Below the pieces are notes generated by a model. It saw only the letters and a program-made list of their open reading frames with translations, searched no databases and was not told where the DNA came from. From assembly GCF_006345805.1 (NCBI RefSeq), contig NC_043010.1, forward strand, positions 38,688,001 to 38,752,000: a stretch of DNA of 64,000 nucleotides, given 5' to 3'. The first letter of the stretch is position 1. Each line of letters opens with the position of its first letter. The DNA comes from Octopus sinensis. Taxonomy: Eukaryota. The position numbers were made by a program, and so were the translations under genes. Positions 54,156 through 64,000 of the stretch are shown one piece after another.

Positions 54156-55015
54156 CATACATATATATATATTCTTACGGTTTATTCCTATTAGGCTGAG
54201 TTTGAGCTAAGCAACATGAGAGATTGCAGGTATTGAAATTGAAATTCTGAATGTGTCATATTAGAACGAATTTACTGGCTGGTTGCATTCTAGGGCACAG
54301 GATAATGATTCGTGTACCGTTATATTTGGCAGAACCTATATATTTTTAATTCACACAAAAACTAAAAACCCAGCCGTATCACTGTCAAATAATTCCCTAC
54401 TATATAAACTGACAAAAGGACGTGCCCACCAAAATAAAACCAGATGAATTATTTTCAAATAAAACAAACCAAAATAAAAAGACTAGATGGTTATGGCTAA
54501 AGTATATTTGGTCGTAAGTCTTCCCGATATGGACCACCTTACAACCAAAATATTAACATATTTTACTGATTCACTATACTTGCGTTTCATTTACACAACG
54601 ACGTAATTAGAAGGAATATAAACACGGTAAATTGGATGTGCCTGTCTGTATTTACATAATTAATCTTAAGCACGATTTACCGAAACTCCAATTAATTTAT
54701 GTATGATGTTCAATTTGCAGTTCATGTAAATATAATCAGGTCTAGTTTGCTTGTGTTAATATTTTTCATGAAAATTATCTCTTATATCTCTTATTAGGTA
54801 TGAAAAGCATTTTTGCTGACGATGACGATGCTTTCGTAAAAGACAAAACTGTCAGTATAAATCTGTATACTTAGTACCCTTGTTTGATAAATACGCATTG
54901 TTGTAGATACAGTCCTATTTACGGATCTATTCGGCTGTCGTAAATATATATATATATATATAATATATATATATATATAATATATATATATATGTATATA
55001 TATATATATTATATA

Positions 55016-55064
<49 letters not shown>

Positions 55065-55102
55065 AGTGGCTGTGTGGTAAGTACCTTGTCTAACACACAT
55101 GC

Positions 55103-57343
55103 GCAGTTAGTCAGTTGCTTCCTGTTCAGCCAGAGTGGACGCGAGTCAACCAGCTCCGTCCAATTAAAGAAAAAAGACCAAAAACGGAAAGTTGTCGAGG
55201 TAAGTGATTTTGTTTATTGTGAGTTGGGCATAATTTATTGCGTACCAATTATTATTTCAGTAAGTTGTGTCCAACTCTGAGACAATTTCGCCTGCTCTTG
55301 GCGGCTGCCGTTTTTGTGTTCATTGAAAAAAAAAAAAGAAAAAAACAGTGGAGGGGCGTATCCTCGAAATTCAATACAGTTACTGTTAAAATTACTGTTG
55401 GCGGTAGCCAGTGCTGTGTTTGGGTTTGTTGAATTTATTCCCTTGTCAGAGTACTTCGCAAGAAAATTATAAAAATAAGCCACTATTGGATTACCTTTCG
55501 GACCCATTTTTGTGGAGGTTGTGTTGCAGTTGCGGCGTTCCAGGTTCAACCCAGGCCGGGAGTACCGCAAGGCCAGAATATTTTTGCTGTGTTTTTTCTG
55601 TTTATTAACTTTCTTTTGAACTTCATTTAACCCCCACTTTTGTTTTTTTCTTTATTGCGACTTTCCGTTAATTTCTTCCCTTCTGTTGTGCTTTCTCCTT
55701 TTTGTTTTTTCAAAAATCTATCAAATCTTATTTGGACTTTTGAACTTTTTTCTTCCTGCTTTTTGAGTTTAATTTGAATATATTTAAAAAACATGGCAAT
55801 GAAAAATAACAAAATTTTGGAGTGGGAAATCATACCACCTAAAAAGTGGTTAACAGACCGTGAAGATAGGACGGTAGTGTTGAGAACCTACTCCAAGGCA
55901 CTCGACACCATCGCCCTATTCGAAAAGACGGCAATTGAAAAGGAGTTGGAAGAGTATTTGCCAACAATTAAATTCATTTCCAGGGGTGTCAAATATGCAA
56001 CGGTGTGGTTGCTATTTGACACCCCTGAAGAGGCTTGCAAATTTGCTAGCAAACCCCTGGAGGGTAAGGAAATCTTATTCCTGCCCACGTACAAAAAAAA
56101 GAAATTGATGAAAGCTTGGATTTGCGGACTGCCACCCGACATAGAACCGAGTGGATAGAGGAGACTATCCGCCGGGGTCTGGGTGACAGCGAAACTAAGC
56201 TCCTCAATGTAAAAGTTCTTCCTGCGGCTGCTTGAGTTGGGTCAAAAGCAATTTTGACCCTGTGGACCCAATCAGCCAATCTGGTTCTTCCAGATTTTTT
56301 GAAAATGGCCGGGTGCAGGTACCCGGTGATGCTTGAGGGTCGCCCCCCAAGTGTCATCGGTGCTTGGAGTCCGGCCACATAAAGAAGAACTGTCCTCGGG
56401 AACAAAATAGGATCCCGGAACAGTTAAGTAAAACCCTCTAGAAGAGGGAACGATAACGGCCGAGAAAGCAGAGGACTCCTCAAACAGAGGCCGAAAGAGG
56501 AAGGTGAGCAACAATGGGTGCTCACCAAAGGATAATAGGGATGAGGAGAGGAAGGCGAATCTTCCAGCCACGGAGGAGACGCACCCTCCCTCAGTTGAAA
56601 AGGGGAAAAAAAGAAAAAGAGGAAGAAAAACGGGACATTACCGGCTGTCAGTGTAGCACCGGAATGTCCCGGAACTACGTCGGTTGGGGTTGTGCCACCG
56701 ACAAGAGAAGGAATACCGTTGGCGGGAACTGTGCCGCCAACGAAAGAACTGAACGTATTGGTCCTCTTCTATAGAGGAGGAGAAATTGAAAAAGTGATGG
56801 AAGAGCACTACAAGGGAGCACCTTTAGCCTTCACACAGGACCCCGAATGGCCTCCGCAGGTAGCTGTGGAGGCCGTGGCGTTCGACGTGACGCTTGGGCT
56901 AAAGGAACTCAATGAAGATTATAACTTAGTCCCGGGCGACGCGAACTCGGAACTTGATTACGTTCTGAGGGAGGCGTGGTTGATGGTGGAGGGCGCGGGC
57001 ACAAGCTATTTCGAGGACGATATGTAATTATTGAACTGTTATTATTAGTAATGGACTTATGTCCAAAAATTGAAAAATTGTAAGAAGATTAATACCTTGT
57101 TTTGTATTAATAATGGACTGCTAAGTCCAAAAATTGGAAAAATTGTAAGAGGTTTAATACCTCGTTTTGTGTTTATCCTTAAAAAGAACAATGTTTTAGA
57201 GAAGCAAAAGTCGGCGGGCGCTTTCTGTTTTCTCCCATCCTTATCATCTTTCTTTCATTATCATTTACCTCATTAATGTCCTCGTCCAGCCCGCAAAGCT
57301 AACTTAATCTGTGTACTGCCTTTATGGCAAATGTTTTGAAATA
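55103..57343 (+). mobile_element. ORF1-only L1/Tx1-like non-autonomous retroelement inserted in a SINE B head
   Basis: The SINE B head starts at 55063 and resumes at about 57344. The insert has a long 5' UTR, a disrupted gag-like ORF, a 3' UTR with a ~63 bp tandem repeat and a terminal AATAAA. Confidence 0.7.
55793..57027 (+). pseudogene. Frameshifted ORF1 (gag-like) with CCHC zinc knuckle
   Basis: MAMKNN..GLPPDIEP / EWIEETIRR..VMLEGRPP / KCHRCLESGHIKKNC (56352-56393, CX2CX4HX4C). The C-terminal piece ends with a stop at 57027. Confidence 0.75.
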
Positions 57344-57723
57344 AAGTAGCTTGCTAACCAGCCACATGGTTCTGGGTTCAGTCCCACTGCGTGGCATCTT
57401 GAGCAAGTGTCTTCTGCTACAGCCCCGGGCCGACCAATGCCTTGTGAGTGGATTTGGTAGACGGAAACTGAAAGAAGCCTGTCGTATATATGTATATATA
57501 TGTATATATGTGTGTTTGTGTGTGTGTTTGTCCCCCTAGCATTGCTTGACAACCGATGCTGGTGTGGTTACGTGCCCGTCACTTAGCGGTTCGGCAAAAG
57601 AGACCGATAGAATAAGTACTGGGCTTACAAAGAATAAGTCCTGGGGTCGATTTGCTCGATTAAAGGCGGTGCTCCAGCATGGCCGCAGTCAAATGACTGA
57701 AACAAGTAAAAGAGAGTAAAAGA

Positions 57724-57725
<2 letters not shown>
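57344..57725 (+). mobile_element. SINE family B body and tail (head separated at 55063-55100)
   Basis: AGTAGCTTGCTAACC..GGTTCAGTCCC..CCAGCATGGCCGCAGTCAAATGACTGAAAC. Confidence 0.88.
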
Positions 57726-57765
<40 letters not shown>

Positions 57766-57769
<4 letters not shown>

Positions 57770-58108
57770 GAAAATGGGACAAGATATGTCCTGTTATTAT
57801 TTTTATTGTTTTTATTATTGTATTTATATTTTTGTAGCGTTTGTCCGTCCTTGTTTTTGTATACATTCGCTGCTTTCTTCCAAAGAACCTAATGCTCTTA
57901 GCTGACTGTTTCCTTGAGGCTGGCCAGATTAGAGCAATCTCAAAATTAATCAGCCGAAATTGCGAGGATAATATGGTGCTTGACTGAGGATAGAAGGCTT
58001 CGAATGACCCGTCCTTGTTTTCTTTGTATCATCTTTCTGGATGTTTTGTTGTCTCTTTTTGTATCACCTAGTTCTCTGTATGTTTGCTTTCTTGTCCCAT
58101 TTTCTATT
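57766..58108. mobile_element. ~340 bp element with perfect 19 bp terminal inverted repeats, inside (TA)n
   Basis: AATAGAAAATGGGACAAGA pairs with TCTTGTCCCATTTTCTATT. Confidence 0.75.
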
Positions 58109-59011
58109 CTATATATATAGGAGCGTACGTACACATTGTTCTCTTATATATATATATATATATATATATAGTTCGTGTGTGTATATGCGGCGGTGTGTGT
58201 GTCTCTTTTCACACGTCTACACACATACACTCACATACTAACATGCCGTGTTTTCCTTCATAGAATTCGTGAAAATATAAACTGTAAACATTTAAACAGC
58301 GTCACTATCTTTCCGAGTTCTGCTGCATTTCACATGAAATGTTTTGGTTCCCAGTGTATAAATCAATCTACCTTTTTGTACCCTCTAAAATAACTCTAAA
58401 ATAAGTGGTTCTAAAATAAAGTATTTGTGTTGCGTTAACTTCCTTCGTCATTCGGTTAGGCATGTACATACGCATTCGTTGTGAGACTTCATTTGCACAG
58501 TTGCTGTAGCATTCAAGGGGGCGGCATACAAATTGTGCTATATTAATATAGCGCAATTATTAGATCAGGCGCGAGTCATCTTCTTTTAATTATCTCTCTT
58601 TGTCTTATATTTCCTAGAATTTGATTACATTATTTCAAATTATAACGCTCATGTGACTCCCTGTGTCCTGTATTAGCATAACATCACCACATTATATATA
58701 AGGGTCAATCGTGTATTAATTTCTACACGCCGTATTTTTTTAATAGCAATATAGGTCCTGTAAAAATTATTGACTAACGATTGAGGCGTGCTATAGATTC
58801 AGGAGGTGATAACACTGTTTCCTCTTGTTTTGTCCCGTTTAACAGAAACAAATTAGTAACACTCTACACCCACCATTGAGTACTTTCCATACGTTTGTGA
58901 AATTAGCACGTACATCGACAAACACACACAAACATTTTAAATTATAGCTTTCTTTATATGGAGCAATATGTGGTAGATCATGCGGAAAGTACTGGAATCA
59001 GGGCATGTAAG

Positions 59012-59120
<109 letters not shown>

Positions 59121-59204
59121 ATCTATCTATCTATCTGTCTGTCTGTCTGTCTGTCTGTACATGCATATATATTTATATATATATATATATATAATATATA
59201 TATA

Positions 59205-59263
<59 letters not shown>

Positions 59264-59269
<6 letters not shown>

Positions 59270-59474
59270 ATCCAAACATGAAAACACAAAGAGAAAGCAC
59301 AACAACGCGAGGACGTGGAACAAATATAGTATTATTGGACGCTCAGGAAAGAAGGAAAGATGGAGGGTTTAACATTTCGAGCGGAGCTCTTCGTCAGTAA
59401 CATAGGAGAAGGAAAGATCCAGAGAAGGGAAGACAGAGAAAAAAAATCGCCAACAGTACACAGGCGGTCACATT

Positions 59475-59475
<1 letters not shown>
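59264..59475 (-). mobile_element. Short hammerhead-bearing Penelope-like element in (TA)n
   Basis: Homologous to 61129-61332. Motif GTTA-CTGACGA-AGAGC-TCC-GCTC-GAAAT-GTT-AAAC at 59367-59401. Confidence 0.7.
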
Positions 59476-59511
<36 letters not shown>

Positions 59512-59829
59512 CATACACATATACGGGTACAAGACGTTACCTACGGTAATTAACATGAAATACGAAAGCAAATGAGTCCAATACGCAAACAACGAGAGAA
59601 GCAAATGGAAAACAGGACAAGTAGCACAAAGAACGACCCTTCGAGCACTGAATAACAATATGAGTCTTCGAAGACAGTTGCTCCCATAAGTGCGAGAATG
59701 AAATTTTGGAATTTATGGAGTGCCAAAGTGAGCAAGAAAATCAGGGCAGTGGAGACATACAAGGAAACCGAACGAAAACAAACATATAACCATACATAGA
59801 CATATAAGCATACCTATCATTTAATACAC

Positions 59830-60185
59830 GCATTAAAATCAGCACAAGGAATATTATATTGGTGGAACATTCCCATAAAAGTCTTCTACGGAGTGTAAGC
59901 ATAAAGGGTTAGATATTATTGTTTGGGAAAGACATACGACCAGAGAGGACAGCTGCCCTGCTGATGTGACTATATTTCCGAAAACCAAAGATAACTACGG
60001 ACAGCTACTTCAAAACCTCCAGCTTCGATACCGAGATTATAAATTCTCATTTACATCAATAATAAACGGTGTGAGAATATGGAAAAGTAGAATTTTCAGA
60101 AATGGTAATTAAGCGACTAACGCATATGACGATTGCAATTTGTAAGCGGAAAGGTAAAAATATGCAAAACATTTTAGAATGTTCA
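59830..60185 (+). pseudogene. RLE-type non-LTR retrotransposon endonuclease remnant
   Basis: WWNIPIK, CKHKGLDIIVW, SCPADV, YGQLLQNLQLRYRDYKFSF and GKVKICKTF pieces. Confidence 0.6.
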
Positions 60186-60882
60186 TAAAGTTAAAATTCT
60201 AAAACCGTTTTTATCTGCATTCAAAGAATGAAGGTTTCTTTTTTATCTTTGTTAGAAACCAGTTCCTTCTTTACAGAAAGATTACATATAATGAAAGGCC
60301 GATGAGACCACACGCTTTTTTACACGCTTGCGCTCTTACACGTCTGCGCACACATTTGTGTGTGTGTGTGTGAAGACATTTCGACAGTGATTTCCGCTCC
60401 ACCTGCCAGACTTGTCCGAAGAATGCCCAAGGACATAGACGCAAAACTCGAAGTAACGGAAAGCTGGAAAATATCACATTAAGTAATAAAGAATTGCTGT
60501 CCAGAAAATATTGATTTGTTTAAATTTTATTTTGTTGTATTACGCTGAACATAATCTTATCCACGTGCATTCTACTATGTATGTAGATATATATGCACGC
60601 ACTTTTGTATGTGTTAATATGCATGTGTTTATGTGTGTATGTGTGGATGTTTGTGTGTGAGGGCATATGATTGTATGCATGGGTGTGTATATGTGTACAT
60701 ATGTCTGCGTCTCTTCCCAAAGCAACAATGGCGAACTGCTGCGACAAATTCGGAAGCTGTCTTGAGATAGTGGTGGAAGACGAGGGCGGCTATAGGACGA
60801 GGGCGGCTATAGTAAATTGCTATCTCAATATAATAATCTAGTAAATATCGTTGACATTTTAGAAATACTTTTACTTTGAGTA

Positions 60883-60934
<52 letters not shown>

Positions 60935-61014
60935 GTTACAAATTGAGATAGGGGTTGTAAATGCAGCCCTCTATGGGATAACATATATCCAATATATATA
61001 TACATGTATATATA

Positions 61015-61047
<33 letters not shown>

Positions 61048-61078
61048 ATATATGTATATATATATATATATAATATAT

Positions 61079-61128
<50 letters not shown>

Positions 61129-61134
<6 letters not shown>

Positions 61135-61332
61135 ATCCAAACCTAAAAAAGAGAAAACACAACAACGCGAGGACGTGGAACAAGTATAGTGTTATGGGAC
61201 GCTCAGGAGAGGAAATAAAGAAGGAAGATTTAACGTTTCGAGCGGAGCTCTTCATCAGAAACAGAGAAAAAGGAAAGGTCCAAGGAAGGGAAGACGGAGA
61301 AAGAAAATCGCCAACGATACAGACGCGGTCAT
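61129..61332 (-). mobile_element. Second copy of the short hammerhead-bearing element in (TA)n
   Basis: TAGTTAATCCAAAC..CAACAACGCGAGGACGTGGAACAA..AAATCGCCAAC shared with 59264. Confidence 0.75.
61228..61262 (-). ncRNA. Minimal type-I hammerhead ribozyme lacking helix III
   Basis: Minus strand: GTTT-CTGATGA-A-GAGC-TCC-GCTC-GAAAC-GTT-AAAT, with palindromic AACGTT. Confidence 0.7.
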
Positions 61333-61405
61333 ATATATATATACATATATATTATGGAGATGTAATTGCATAGCAAGTGATTTGATCGTGTGCTGAAACA
61401 AAAAC

Positions 61406-62280
61406 AATTGTAGTGTGGAAGATGTTTATAAGCCATTTAAGAACATACAAAAACCGTTCGATTCACTTCAACATGTAAATTTAATTTGCCAAAATATTTT
61501 CGTCGCTTTGAGACCGCGACCTGTTCACTGAACAAAATTCCGTGCTGCATCTGAGAAAGGAACAATTAGTTCGTGACATATATGTACTTATGTATGTATG
61601 TATGTATGTATGTATGTATGTATGTATGTATGTATGTATGTATGTATGTATGTATGTATGTATGTGTGTATGTATGTATGTGTGTATGTATGTATGCATG
61701 CATGTATCTATATATGTTTGTATGTATGCATGTATGTATGTATGTACGTATGTACTTAATTGCGCATCTAAGTATTTAGGTAAGTGTGTAGACGTGTCTG
61801 TGCGTGTGTGTACATGTGTGTACATGTGTATGTATATAGGTGTGTGTGAATATACAACCTTCGACAAAGTAACAGTATACAACTTGAACTGACACATATC
61901 AGTACATAAACATACGTTCACATGTACATACACATGTACACACACTCAGACAGACACCTCTACACGCTTACCTAAATATTTACATACATTCATAAGTACA
62001 TATAGGCATGCACCCATGCATACGCATGTACACATATGCATACGCACATACATGTACACACACATACAAATGTACATACATACATACACACATACATACG
62101 TACATATATATCATGTAATAACTGTTACTTTCTCAGATGCAGCACGGAATTTTGTCAGTGAACAGGTTATGGTCTCAAAGCGATAAAAATATTTTGTCAA
62201 ATTAAATTTAAATGTTGATGTGAATCTAACGGTTTTTGTGCGTTTCTTAAATGGCTTATAAACACCTTCCACGCTACAAT

Positions 62281-62281
<1 letters not shown>
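61406..62281. repeat. ~880 bp imperfect palindrome including TE arms and inner microsatellites
   Basis: 61406-61575 pairs with 62100-62281. The inner TATTTAGGTAAGTGTGTAGACGTGTCTG pairs with CAGACACCTCTACACGCTTACCTAAATA. Confidence 0.85.
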
Positions 62282-62315
<34 letters not shown>

Positions 62316-62402
62316 TGATATATACACACTTGGTAAATATATATGCATGCGTACACACACACACTCATATATACTTATATATAGTATACATACATACAAA
62401 CA

Positions 62403-62451
<49 letters not shown>

Positions 62452-62549
62452 ACTTGAAACAATTACCAAAGTCTCTACAACTTCATTTGATATCTGTGGA
62501 AAGCCATTGCTTAATAATAATAATAACAACAACAGTTATAATAATAATA

Positions 62550-62595
<46 letters not shown>

Positions 62596-63019
62596 GGAAC
62601 ACCGGGGACGTTTAAGACGTAAGAACGATAAAACAGGAACACCGGGGACGTTTAAGATGTAAGAACGATAAAACAGTGCTCCGAAATCTATTCACAAACA
62701 CCGAAAACAAAGACATCGTATGGAGCCAAAAATTTACTAACAAAGGACTGGACTATATCCGAGTAAGTAATACTCATTGAAATTTATTACTATTTTCGAA
62801 ACAAAATGATGTATTTTAACTCGATATCATCTCCACCTCTAACACAACACATGTAAAGATGCGTGGACCATTACGATCCATCAACACCAGATCATCCCTG
62901 ACCCCAAATACCATGTACAAAAAAAAACTACGAAGAAATTAAATAACAACGATATCATTCAACCCAAGAATAACAATCGGGAAGTACGTACTTTAAACTT
63001 ACAACAAAAAATGTACGAA

Positions 63020-63440
63020 AAACCATCTTAATTCCCAAATCAAATGAGACAGCAAAACCAGAAAACGACAGACCAATAACCTGTCTCCCTACAATGTACA
63101 AGGCATTTACTGCAGTGATATCGCAAAGGTTGAACAAGCACCTGGACGAAAATAACCTGTTTCCAGAAGAGCAGAAAGGATGTCGCAAAGGCTCATATGG
63201 CTGTAAAGATCAACTAATGATTAATAAAGCCATAACTGAAGACAGCCACAGAAAGAAGAAAGGCCTCAGTATGGCCTGGATCGACTACAAAAGGGCGTTT
63301 GATAGCATCATGGATCCTCGAAACACTAGCCATTAACAAAGTAGCACCAACAATTATAAAATTCATAGGATACTCTATGAATAAATGGCAAACATTGCTA
63401 CAGCTCCAAACAAAAGAGGGACTCATGAAAACCAAAGTTA
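63020..63440 (+). pseudogene. R4/Dong-like reverse transcriptase fragment
   Basis: LIPKSNETAKPENDRPITCLPTMYK..FPEEQKGCRKGSYGCKDQLMINK..MAWIDYKRAFDSI / WILETL, with a deletion and frameshift. Confidence 0.85.
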
Positions 63441-63933
63441 AGTTAATAAAAAGCAAACAAGTAACAAACATCTCCAGGTGTCAGTACATTGCGGTCGTTT
63501 CAAGCGACTCCATTTAATCGATGAATGCAAACATTACATCAATTTGAAATAAAACGCTCTCCTCGGATGCGTACGACAAGATAGATTTCCAACATACTCC
63601 ATTATAAGATACTCCATCATAATTTTTTTAGCAATTCTTTCATCAGTACTAGAGACTAAAATACATCACTTGATTTTGCTATTATTGTAGCAGAATGAAT
63701 TTCGGGAAAAAACACCTAAAGCCTACTATGGTTTAGAGTGGCAGGAGGAGATAATGGAGGTCAATGAAGAGGAATGCTGATATAGTTAGATAGATGAATG
63801 TAGTTACATCACTATTCCTCTTTATTGGCACCCAAATCAGTTGTACTTGAAATGAAAATGCTAAGCGTTTTCACACTCTGTGTCACTCTGTATCTCTCTG
63901 AGAACTATGTTAAAGGTATGTGTGTCTATGGAG

Positions 63934-64000
63934 AAGGCGGCGAGCTGGCAGAATCGTTAGCACGCCGGGCGAAATGCTTAACCGTATTTCGTCTGCCGTT
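63934..64000 (+). mobile_element. SINE A head, inserted in a SINE C tail fragment
   Basis: AAGGCGGCGAGCTGGCAGAATCGTTAGC follows GAGAACTATGTTAAAGG. Confidence 0.8.

Overview
AT-rich, intronic or intergenic eukaryotic DNA. It is most likely from an octopus (coleoid cephalopod); this is inferred from recalled SINE families and the extreme microsatellite load, not from a search. I cannot support any intact host protein-coding gene, and nearly all ORFs in the track are translations of (TA)n, (CA)n, (TACA)n, (TATC)n or (AAT)n runs. The window is a mosaic of three tRNA-derived SINE families (called A, B and C here), decayed non-LTR retrotransposon fragments (R4/Dong-like RT and RLE, CR1-like, L1/Tx1-like, RTE-like, Penelope-like RT), a DD37D maT transposon remnant, a pogo/Tigger-like MITE, a non-autonomous Helitron and several tandem duplications. 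The most notable hidden signal is a set of minimal type-I hammerhead ribozyme motifs in short elements sitting in (TA)n tracts: canonical cores at 53778-53856 and 61228-61262, plus near-canonical and atypical copies. In addition, four long inverted repeats, two of them nearly spacerless ~300 bp palindromes, appear to be 5'-to-5' fused copies carrying hammerhead-like folds. An ORF1-only (CCHC) L1/Tx1-like element splits a SINE tRNA head. Coordinates of degenerate elements are approximate and were read by eye.
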